A stretch of DNA of 36,193 bases from a virus. The stretch is from the IMG/VR virus record IMGVR_UViG_3300045988_064948. One strand, written 5' to 3'. The notes below the pieces were generated by a model. It did no database searches and had not been told where the DNA came from. It worked only from the letters and a program-made list of their open reading frames with translations. Both the position numbers and the translations under genes were made by a program. Shown here piece by piece: positions 15,356-21,912 of the stretch. Position 1 is the first letter of the stretch. Every line of letters starts with the position of its first letter.

Positions 15356-15387
15356 ATAACTGCAAAACAAAGAAGGGAGACATTAAA

Positions 15388-15519
15388 ATGATTTTAAAAC
15401 TTGCAATTCAGACAGTCTTTGAAATCCTGCTCGTTGTGGGTATTATCTATGGGTTTATAAAAGAAGACAAGCTTATCGCGTTCGAGGATAAGCTTGCCGA
15501 AAAGTTTAAAAAGCGTTAA
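15388..15519 (+). CDS. 43-aa small membrane protein
   Basis: GGGAG RBS. MILKLAIQTVFEILLVVGIIYGFIKEDKLIAFEDKLAEKFKKR has an N-terminal TM segment and an amphipathic charged tail. Its stop overlaps the stop of the convergent gene 15516..15806. Confidence 0.55.
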   Translation: MILKLAIQTVFEILLVVGIIYGFIKEDKLIAFEDKLAEKFKKR

Positions 15520-15806
15520 TCAAGGTTGACGAGCTTTTGCAAGGTGGCTTGATATAGATTTATATTGATACACTTGATAGCCTCTAAAAGCTCATTAATT
15601 ACCCCTAAAACAGCCGTTAAATTTTTACCACTAATTATCTTATAAAACTCGGAATCACCCTTTACGGGCACATTTTGAGGGTCTGAGAGGGCATGGTACA
15701 ACAAAGCACAGTAAAGCGGCGCAAGTTTGTTCAGCGCCGTGAAAGAGTTGTCATAATCTAATTCATACTGTGTCAAATCGGCTTTAATGGAATTGTAGTC
15801 AATCAT
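15516..15806 (-). CDS. Hypothetical protein (96 aa), last gene of the antisense island
   Basis: GGAGG RBS 7 nt upstream. No recognisable motifs. Confidence 0.6.
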   Translation of the reverse strand: MIDYNSIKADLTQYELDYDNSFTALNKLAPLYCALLYHALSDPQNVPVKGDSEFYKIISGKNLTAVLGVINELLEAIKCININLYQATLQKLVNLD

Positions 15807-15817
15807 ATAATACCTCC

Positions 15818-15845
15818 AAAGGCAGAGCTCACGCCCTGCCTTTTT
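15818..15845. terminator. Hairpin AAAGGCAG-N10-CTGCCTTT; on the + strand it is followed by TTTTTGTCATTTT (terminator-like)
   Basis: 8-bp stem (15818-15825/15836-15843). On the - strand it sits between two island genes and abuts the GGAGG of the downstream gene. Confidence 0.5.
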
Positions 15846-15846
15846 G

Positions 15847-16293
15847 TCATTTTACGATATAATTATAGTATGCAGCCATTTTGGACTCAGGAGACTTTGC
15901 GTCCTTGTCGAATAAAAAGGCTTTTGCGAGTTCCGCGTAAAACTCAGGAGCGGGCAGACCGTATTTTTTGCCGACCTCATAATAGTCAGAATACATCATA
16001 TTAACTGCCGTGTTCCAGCAATAGTCAGGGACTCTTCCGTTGTTGCCTGCCATAGCGTTAGTCTGCGCCATGTTCCAGACTGCGCCGGACGAGCCGTCTG
16101 CATTTTTCATTTTTTCGTTCCACGCTTCGCAGTCCTCGCGGGTCAATGCGCCGGAGCCTATATCTCCGAGAGCTTCCCAACATTCGAGCATTCCCATAAC
16201 CGCTTCGGCGGCGCGTTCGCTTGCAGGTCTTTCCATATAGTCGGATATTTCCGCTTCAAGCTTTTTCCTGTATGCATCAATTTTCTCTTTCAT
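15847..16293 (-). CDS. Hypothetical protein (148 aa) with a conserved-looking W..KMKNADGSSGA.W...QT...MMYSDYY core
   Basis: The ATG at 16293 has a GGGGG RBS 14 nt after the upstream stop. The longer 16392 start would overlap the upstream gene. Confidence 0.6.
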   Translation of the reverse strand: MKEKIDAYRKKLEAEISDYMERPASERAAEAVMGMLECWEALGDIGSGALTREDCEAWNEKMKNADGSSGAVWNMAQTNAMAGNNGRVPDYCWNTAVNMMYSDYYEVGKKYGLPAPEFYAELAKAFLFDKDAKSPESKMAAYYNYIVK

Positions 16294-16307
16294 GCAATAC
16301 CCCCGAC

Positions 16308-16709
16308 TTACAGCTTTTCGACCGATATTGCAAGATTGTTGACGACAGAAGCCGCGCCTGTCAGGACAAAAGACAGAATAGAGCTGTCGCAATCGCAGAC
16401 ATTCCGGACTATAGCCGTTATCGCCATGTTGACCGTTGTGCTCGCCGCTGCTACAGTTTCAGACGCGGTCGCGCCGATTATCGCAACGCCGTCTTTCTGT
16501 GCGGTGATTGTTGCTGTTCCTGCCGCCGACGGTGTGACGGTTGCGGAGGCGTTAATCAAATAATAACCTTTTCCGGTCATTGTTATGGTGTTGCCGTCCT
16601 GTCGGAGATTGCAGCCATAGCGGCGCGCAGTAGTGCCGACCGGAATAACACTGTTGACCGCGATTGTCTGTTCCGCCGTGTTAGTTGTGTATATTGCTGA
16701 TTTTGACAT
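16308..16709 (-). CDS. Beta-rich protein resembling a BclA C-terminal (TNF/C1q-like jelly-roll) domain
   Basis: 133 aa and Ala/Thr/Val-rich. The pattern ...GKGYYLINASATV...AQKDGVAIIGA...LAISVEKL recalls the BclA C-terminal domain, judged from memory only. AAAGGA RBS. Confidence 0.35.
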   Translation of the reverse strand: MSKSAIYTTNTAEQTIAVNSVIPVGTTARRYGCNLRQDGNTITMTGKGYYLINASATVTPSAAGTATITAQKDGVAIIGATASETVAAASTTVNMAITAIVRNVCDCDSSILSFVLTGAASVVNNLAISVEKL

Positions 16710-16837
16710 TTTATCAATCCTTTCTGTAATAAAAAAACGGAGCGACTATTGCCGCCCCGCCGTGCCTCGCCGTCAGGGCGTTACCATGTTGCCGGCATCG
16801 GCAAAATGGTGTATGTTTTGCTGGTGTTAGCAAAACA

Positions 16838-17407
16838 TTAGATGTTATTGCCGCAACAGCCGCCGCAGAACGGCGAATTTCCTGCGCTGTAGGAGTAAGA
16901 CATCGGATAACGGACTACACCGCAGAAACGGGAATCCATTTCCAGGCTGGAAACTTTGTCGCGCAGTGTCTGAATCTCGTTAGTCTGAATCAGAGCGCGT
17001 GTTGCCTCGCCCTCCGCGTGGATAGCGTTAGCGATGTCACAGGTCTGTCTGTCGACCTGCGCTGAGAGATTGGCAGTTGCCAGTCTGTTATCGCAGCAAC
17101 AAGAAGCGAGCTGGCTCTGAAGCGCTCTGCCCTCAGCGTTAATGGAATTGTTAAGCGCGTAGGTACTGTCACAGATTCCGTTGCTGATGTTAGTCAGGCG
17201 GTCGTTGAGCTGCCCGAAGTGCTGACCGAAAAGAATCTCCTGCTGGCTTGCCGCTGTTGCGTACTGCCCGAACTCGCCCTGACGGTTGCCCCAAAATCCG
17301 CCGCCCATGAGGACGACAAAAAGAAGAACAATCCACCATGCGCCGCCGCTAAAGCCGTCGCCGTCGCGAGTAGCGGCAGCAAGGTCAGAAAGTGAATATT
17401 CGTTCAT
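16838..17407 (-). CDS. Membrane-anchored Cys-rich coiled-coil protein, function unknown
   Basis: AGGAAG RBS 7 nt upstream of the ATG at 17407. N-terminal TM segment GGAWWIVLLFVVLMGGGFWG, a Q/N/A-rich helical region with CCC and other Cys residues, and C-terminus FCGGCCGNNI. Confidence 0.6.
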   Translation of the reverse strand: MNEYSLSDLAAATRDGDGFSGGAWWIVLLFVVLMGGGFWGNRQGEFGQYATAASQQEILFGQHFGQLNDRLTNISNGICDSTYALNNSINAEGRALQSQLASCCCDNRLATANLSAQVDRQTCDIANAIHAEGEATRALIQTNEIQTLRDKVSSLEMDSRFCGVVRYPMSYSYSAGNSPFCGGCCGNNI

Positions 17408-17448
17408 TTGCAATCTTCCTTTCTAAAATTTATAATAAACCGCGCAGT

Positions 17449-17643
17449 TTATTTCAAAAGTTTCATCAAATCCTGTGCCTGCTGTTTATACTGATTTAGC
17501 TGGCTTTCGGATATTTTGCCTGTGTTTAAAAGGCTCTGAAGTTCCTGCTGTGCTTTTTCGGGTGTCATTCCGCTTGCAAATTTTTTAAATTCTGAAATCA
17601 TCGAAAAGGGGTTATTCTGCTTCCCGAATATGCTGCTTGCCAT
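17449..17643 (-). CDS. Small helical protein (64 aa), function unknown
   Basis: AAGGAA RBS upstream of the ATG at 17643; the track start at 17649 is TTG. It overlaps the 3' end of the upstream gene. Confidence 0.5.
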   Translation of the reverse strand: MASSIFGKQNNPFSMISEFKKFASGMTPEKAQQELQSLLNTGKISESQLNQYKQQAQDLMKLLK

Positions 17644-17959
17644 TTTCAATCATTCCTTTCAGCTCTTCAAATTCTTTCCTCGTCACATAGTCGGGCGAAT
17701 CGGGCTGTGCGTCATCGCACGGAACAAATTTAAACTTGCGAATTGATGCAAATCCCGCGCCGTCCGTGGTCTTGATATAGAAAAAATCTTCGTTTGCATC
17801 AAACAAAGCGACGGAGCTATTCGCTCCCATCTGATACGCTTGTGCTCCCTGGATTCCGTTGACCCTGACGATACCACGCTCTAAATTCTGCACGCAGTTT
17901 TGATAATTCTGCGTGTAGTTTTGATAGTTAGGATAATTCGGATAATATGGGTTAAACAT
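17612..17959 (-). CDS. Protein with an N-terminal Tyr/Asn/Pro/Gln-rich low-complexity segment, function unknown
   Basis: AAAGGAGG RBS. MFNPYYPNYPNYQNYTQNYQN is followed by a globular part, VNGIQGAQAYQMGANSSVALFDANEDFFYIKTTDGAG. Confidence 0.65.
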   Translation of the reverse strand: MFNPYYPNYPNYQNYTQNYQNCVQNLERGIVRVNGIQGAQAYQMGANSSVALFDANEDFFYIKTTDGAGFASIRKFKFVPCDDAQPDSPDYVTRKEFEELKGMIENGKQHIREAE

Positions 17960-17979
17960 ATAATTCCTCCTTTATCTCT

Positions 17980-18007
17980 ATTATACGCATATCGTGGAAA
18001 AAGTGAA
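17980..18007 (-). promoter_or_regulatory. Candidate promoter of the antisense island
   Basis: On the - strand: TTCACT (18007-18002), 16-nt spacer, TATAAT (17985-17980), just upstream of the AAAGGAGG RBS. Confidence 0.4.
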
Positions 18008-18071
18008 CGAAGCGAACACGAAAAAAGCCCGCAAAAAACGTTAAAAAAGCTAAAAAATTTTAAAAAAACTA

Positions 18072-18100
18072 TTGACAAATACAGTCAAACAGTATATAAT
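18072..18100 (+). promoter_or_regulatory. Early rightward promoter, conserved AAAAAACTATTGACAA...AGTATATAATATA class
   Basis: TTGACA at 18072-18077, 17-nt spacer, TATAAT at 18095-18100, with upstream A-tracts. Divergent from the island promoter. Confidence 0.7.
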
Positions 18101-18151
18101 ATAGTCACAAGGTCAAGGAAGACCAACAAAATAAAGAAAGAGGTAAAAACA

Positions 18152-18391
18152 ATGAAAGACTTTGAAATCTGCTTGAGCAATCGGGACTGCATCTTTGACA
18201 GCGCGACTTTTGACGACGCAAAAGCGGCGGCAGAGTGGGCGACGGGAAGAAGAGAAAACTACGTTATACAAGGCGATAACGGGCTTAATGTAAAATCGTC
18301 AAAAGACAAGCTTTATGTCGAAAACTTTTACGGCTACGAAGAGATATCCGAAGATGAGCTTGTTGAAATGATTAAAAGATACGCAGAGTGA
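18152..18391 (+). CDS. Hypothetical early protein (79 aa)
   Basis: GAGGT RBS. The longer track ORF from 17900 would run through the promoter and is rejected. Confidence 0.6.
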   Translation: MKDFEICLSNRDCIFDSATFDDAKAAAEWATGRRENYVIQGDNGLNVKSSKDKLYVENFYGYEEISEDELVEMIKRYAE

Positions 18392-18468
18392 CGCGCCGAA
18401 AGGCGCGGTAATGCGGACAGACGGACGGTCACAATCCCGACGGTCGCACATAAAAGGAGGAAAAAATA

Positions 18469-18912
18469 ATGTTTATTTGCAAAGACTGTGGAAGCGTTTT
18501 TGAATGCCCCGACTACACGGAAGAGAACGTCGGCGAGTACTGCGGTCAGCCCGCATTTCAGGCGGTTGACATCTGCCCGTATTGCCATTGCGATGAGTTT
18601 GAAGAGGCGAGAAAGTGCGAAATCTGCGGCGAATGGAAGTCGGAAGATGACATGGAGTGCGATGTCTGCTATGACTGCATGAATGAGCACAAGTACGATT
18701 TTGACTATTGTGAGAGTTTGTGCGGAGACGAAACGGAGGCGGTGCAGATTAACGCGCTGTATGCGTCGCTTTTAACACCGCGTCAGATTAACATGATACT
18801 GCGCCGCGAGTTGAAGCAGGCTAACGCGATTCAGCCGCTGGATTGCACAGAGTTCATCGACTCCGACCGCACATGGTTCGCGGACAAAATGATAGAAAAG
18901 GAGGTAAAATAA
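18469..18912 (+). CDS. Multi-zinc-ribbon protein (several CxxC pairs), function unknown
   Basis: AGGAGG RBS. CxxC pairs: CKDC, CPYC, CEIC, CDVCYDC. Confidence 0.6.
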   Translation: MFICKDCGSVFECPDYTEENVGEYCGQPAFQAVDICPYCHCDEFEEARKCEICGEWKSEDDMECDVCYDCMNEHKYDFDYCESLCGDETEAVQINALYASLLTPRQINMILRRELKQANAIQPLDCTEFIDSDRTWFADKMIEKEVK

Positions 18913-19049
18913 TGGAGCATGAGATGATAGCCGTGCCGATGCCGCGTGAGTTGTACGAAAACATCTGCAAGCTTGCCAAACAGAACGACTTGACAAAAGC
19001 GGCGCAAACAAGAATACTAATCAAGAAAGGACTTGAGCACATTGGATAA
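18912..19049 (+). CDS. Ribbon-helix-helix (CopG/Arc-like) DNA-binding protein
   Basis: 45 aa. IAVPMPRELYENICKLAKQNDLTKAAQTRILIKKGLE fits a beta-strand plus two helices. GGAGG RBS. Confidence 0.5.
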   Translation: MEHEMIAVPMPRELYENICKLAKQNDLTKAAQTRILIKKGLEHIG

Positions 19050-19668
19050 TTACTTTAACGACCTGTATTCGGTCAATGTCAACGGACACACAGAAAAGAA
19101 AAACAATCTCACTTATCTTTCGTGGGCGTGGGCGTGGGGCGAGATTAAGAAGAGACACCCCGATGCGGAATACACCGTCTACGAAAATGCCGACGGCTGG
19201 AACTACCACACCGACGGGCGCACTTGCTGGGTTAAAACAGGAGTAACCGTCAACGGAATCGAGCACATAGAATATCTGCCGGTTATGGATTACAAAAACA
19301 AGTCAATCCCGGTCGAAAATGTCACATCATACGATGTCAACAAGTCAATCCAGCGGTCGCTGACAAAGGCTTGTGCGCGTCATGGTTTGGGCTTGTATAT
19401 TTACGCAGGAGAAGATTTGCCTGAAGAAGAAGCCAACGAAAAGCAGGACGCGAGCAGGAATGCCAAAAATACCGCCGTAAACAACATTATAAGCGGGCTT
19501 GCAAAGGCGCGTGGGAAAAGTGACGGCGAAATTTTAAACGCGCTTATGAGGCATATCTCGAAGCCTGAGGGCACAACAATAGAAAGCCTTGAATATGATG
19601 ACCTCATGGACGCGATAAAAATTTTGAACGATTGGAGGCTAAAAGTGGATGGAAGTAAAAAATCTTGA
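19033..19668 (+). CDS. Single-strand annealing protein (DUF1071 / Sak3-like, Rad52 superfamily)
   Basis: LTYLSWAWAWGEIKKRHPDAEY...LPVMDYKNKSI...NKSIQRSLTKACARHGLGLYIYAGEDLP. The start is uncertain (TTG at 19033 or 19042). Confidence 0.7.
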   Translation: MSTLDNYFNDLYSVNVNGHTEKKNNLTYLSWAWAWGEIKKRHPDAEYTVYENADGWNYHTDGRTCWVKTGVTVNGIEHIEYLPVMDYKNKSIPVENVTSYDVNKSIQRSLTKACARHGLGLYIYAGEDLPEEEANEKQDASRNAKNTAVNNIISGLAKARGKSDGEILNALMRHISKPEGTTIESLEYDDLMDAIKILNDWRLKVDGSKKS

Positions 19669-20182
19669 CTGGTTTCAGGACAGCGCGGGCTTCGGTCTGC
19701 GCGTTGCTGTAGACTGCCCAAACTACGCAAAAGAGCTTGTTGATGCTTATAAGTCCGATAGCAGACCGTATGAAATTGACATAAGACCCGCAGGGACTAA
19801 AAGAAGCCTTGACGCTAACGGCTATTTTTGGGCTTTATGTGGCAAACTTGCAGCAAAAACGCGAGTGCCGAAATCTGACATATACAGAAACTATGTTAAG
19901 AACATCGGCGGCAATTATGATACGGTCTGTGTGCAGGATAAGGCGGTGCTCCGGCTCGTTACGCACTGGAGCAGGAACGGCTTAGGCTGGATTGCAGAGC
20001 CGTTTGGGAGCAAGATACCCGGATGCACAAATGTCAACCTGTATTATGGCTCATCCACCTACGATACCGCGCAGATGTCGCGTCTGATTGACCTCGTTGT
20101 GTTTGACTGCAAAGAGAACGGTATCGAAACGATGACCCCTGAAGAACTTGCAAGGCTGAAAGGCGCGTGGGCAAGTGAATAG
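19649..20182 (+). CDS. NinB/Orf-like recombination mediator (tentative)
   Basis: KRSLDANGYFWALCGKLAAKT resembles the RSL.QN..W..L motif of NinB. It lies in the recombination module. Confidence 0.4.
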   Translation: MEVKNLDWFQDSAGFGLRVAVDCPNYAKELVDAYKSDSRPYEIDIRPAGTKRSLDANGYFWALCGKLAAKTRVPKSDIYRNYVKNIGGNYDTVCVQDKAVLRLVTHWSRNGLGWIAEPFGSKIPGCTNVNLYYGSSTYDTAQMSRLIDLVVFDCKENGIETMTPEELARLKGAWASE

Positions 20183-20453
20183 CATTATGCAGACAGAACA
20201 TAATTGCTTTTTGTGTGGGCGCGCTGATTGGCTGGAAAAGCATCATATTTTTGGCGCGTCCAACCGAAAAAACAGCGAAAAATACGGCTTGACCGTGTAT
20301 CTGTGCCACTGGTGCCACAACGAGCCGCCGAACGGTGTACACCACAACGCGGACAATCGTCACCGCCTTCAAGAGCTGGCGCAGAAAAAGTTTGAAGAGG
20401 TCTATCCTGACCTTGATTTTATAAAAATTTTCGGGAGGAATTACAAATGGTGA
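20175..20453 (+). CDS. Small Cys/His-rich HNH-like protein
   Basis: CFLCGR...LEKHHIFG..NRKNSEKYGLTVYLCHWCHNEPPNGVHHN. The start is uncertain (GTG at 20175 or ATG at 20187). Confidence 0.45.
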   Translation: MNSIMQTEHNCFLCGRADWLEKHHIFGASNRKNSEKYGLTVYLCHWCHNEPPNGVHHNADNRHRLQELAQKKFEEVYPDLDFIKIFGRNYKW

Positions 20454-20656
20454 GACAAAATTGCTTTGCTTACGGCTCGGCAACAGAAAACGGCTGCAAG
20501 GCGTTAATAAAGCGCGAGTGTGACAAATGCAAGTTTTACAAAACTACAAACGACGGCGAAATTGAAAAGCTGAATTGTGAGCTTAGAATCCGCCGCGTAT
20601 ATGGAATGTCATCAAAACAATTTTTAGATAGCAGGAGGACAAACGACAATGATTAA
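20447..20656 (+). CDS. Hypothetical small Cys-containing protein
   Basis: 69 aa, coupled to both flanking genes by overlaps. Confidence 0.45.
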   Translation: MVRQNCFAYGSATENGCKALIKRECDKCKFYKTTNDGEIEKLNCELRIRRVYGMSSKQFLDSRRTNDND

Positions 20657-21014
20657 CAATGTAACACTTATCGGCAGACTTACCGCAACGCCCGAACTTA
20701 GGCAGACCACCACAGGCAAAACAGTGGTATCATTTTGTATCGCCGTAGAAAGACGATTTGACCGCGCCACATCGGATTTTATCAACATAGTGGCGTGGAA
20801 CAAGACCGCCGAGTTCGTTAGCAAGTATTTTGCAAAAGGCGATTTGATTGCTTTGACTGGCAGCATACAAACTCGCAAATATGAGGACAAGGACGGCAAC
20901 AAGCGCACAGCGTTTGAAGTGTTGGCAGATGACGTCAGCTTTTGCGCAAAGAAAGAGAAATCCTCAGAGCCTGAGTTTGAAGAAATAAAAATAAGCGGTG
21001 ACCTTCCGTTTTAA
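20649..21014 (+). CDS. ssb: Single-stranded DNA-binding protein
   Basis: OB-fold N-terminus MINNVTLIGRLTATPELRQTTTGKTVVSFCIAVER...NIVAWNKTAEF and an acidic C-terminal tip ending DLPF. Confidence 0.9.
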   Translation: MINNVTLIGRLTATPELRQTTTGKTVVSFCIAVERRFDRATSDFINIVAWNKTAEFVSKYFAKGDLIALTGSIQTRKYEDKDGNKRTAFEVLADDVSFCAKKEKSSEPEFEEIKISGDLPF

Positions 21015-21048
21015 TTTGTGCCAAACATGATTAAATTTTAAAAAGCGC

Positions 21049-21077
21049 TTGACATTTGCCCCGAAATCAGTTATAAT
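21049..21077 (+). promoter_or_regulatory. Sigma-A-type promoter (TTGACA, 17-nt spacer, TATAAT)
   Basis: TTGACA at 21049-21054 and TATAAT at 21072-21077. Confidence 0.65.
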
Positions 21078-21083
21078 AAAGAA

Positions 21084-21223
21084 GATGAGAGGTCAGGTTA
21101 CAAGCCGCTTATCGGACTGTGATATTGCGTACGAGGCGGTATCGCGACGAAAACAAAATATCACAGCCCACGCCCTTTGCATCGATTAGCTCGTACCTAA
21201 TCAATGCAGAGGGCTTTTACTTT
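21084..21223 (+). ncRNA. Structured ~140-nt leader or sRNA ending in a strong intrinsic terminator
   Basis: No ORF. Long-range stem GTGATATT/AATATCAC (21119-21164), followed by the terminator. Confidence 0.4.
21172..21223 (+). terminator. Intrinsic terminator immediately upstream of the replication genes
   Basis: 18-bp stem GCCCTTTGCATCGATTAG / CTAATCAATGCAGAGGGC (one mismatch, one G-U), 7-nt loop, then TTTTACTTT. Confidence 0.7.
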
Positions 21224-21246
21224 AAAAAATAATGGAGGCAACGAAC

Positions 21247-21912
21247 ATGAAACAGACAATTGAGGGATTTAGTCAGGAATACGCTATGACGCTCAAGAAG
21301 ACGGTTGCAACCAATGAAGGCGAAAAAACTGTAAAAATTGACTGTACCGACCTTGTTATTTTGCGCTGGTTCACAGATTTTTACCCGAATATGCGCAAAA
21401 CAATAATTAGCGGGCGCGAATATGTCATGGTTACGCATAGCGATTTGGTAGAGGATATGCCAATGATTGGCATTTCAAAAAGGGCGTTTATTGAAAGAAT
21501 GCAGAAGCTGGTGGGGTTTGGAATACTTGATTATCAGCTCGTAAAAGAAGGCGGCACATTTTCGTTTTATGCGTTTGGCAAGAACTTTGAACCTTTATGC
21601 GGATGTCGCACAGCCGAAAAAGACCTTGTTATAACGGCTACAGACGAGATTGTGGGGTATCTAAACAAAAAAGCGCATACCAATTTTAAGACTAACAGCA
21701 AGCGCACACACAGATATATTTTTGAGAGATTGGCAGAGGGCTATACAGTGCAGGACTTCAAAACGGTTATTGACAAGAAATATGACGATTGGGCGGAAAC
21801 TGAGTTTGAAAAGTATTTGCGACCGTCCACGCTGTTTGGCGATAGATTTGAGGACTATTTAAATGAGTCTAAACGCAAGAAGAATTATTGCGATTCGGAG
21901 GGAATAAAATGA
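21247..21912 (+). CDS. Replisome organizer / DnaD-like protein 1
   Basis: GGAGG lies 8 nt upstream of the ATG at 21247. The C-terminal domain IVGYLNKKAHTNFKTNSKRTHRYIFERLAEGYTVQDFKTVIDKKYDDW...YLRPSTLFG..FEDYLN is typical of the phage replisome organizer C-terminal region. Confidence 0.65.
   Translation: MKQTIEGFSQEYAMTLKKTVATNEGEKTVKIDCTDLVILRWFTDFYPNMRKTIISGREYVMVTHSDLVEDMPMIGISKRAFIERMQKLVGFGILDYQLVKEGGTFSFYAFGKNFEPLCGCRTAEKDLVITATDEIVGYLNKKAHTNFKTNSKRTHRYIFERLAEGYTVQDFKTVIDKKYDDWAETEFEKYLRPSTLFGDRFEDYLNESKRKKNYCDSEGIK

Noticed and set aside
16040-16830. + strand ORFs across the antisense island (16040..16240, 16221..16700, 16336..16563, 16633..16830)
   Set aside because: They lie opposite - strand genes that have good RBSs and tight spacing. 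Their translations are Cys/Arg-rich or low-complexity and lack start contexts.
15516-17959. The antisense block as a classical lysogeny module (integrase/repressor)
   Set aside because: No tyrosine or serine recombinase motifs and no CI/Cro-type HTH are recognisable in any of the six products. I therefore make no lysogeny call, and the lifestyle remains undetermined.
17900-18151. N-terminal extensions offered by the ORF track (17900 for 18152..18391, 10295 for Dit, 24911 and 27036 for the YopX genes, 25272, 27663, 13370, 31214, 21232, 21888, 22684, 29482)
   Set aside because: The extensions overlap upstream genes or promoters in other frames, have implausible composition, and lack an RBS. 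Internal ATGs preceded by GGAGG-type sites were preferred.
18392-18407. Hairpin CGCGCC-GAAA-GGCGCG after gene 18152..18391 as a terminator
   Set aside because: No U-tract follows it, and the next gene's RBS follows about 40 nt later. It may be an RNA stability or processing element but cannot be called a terminator.
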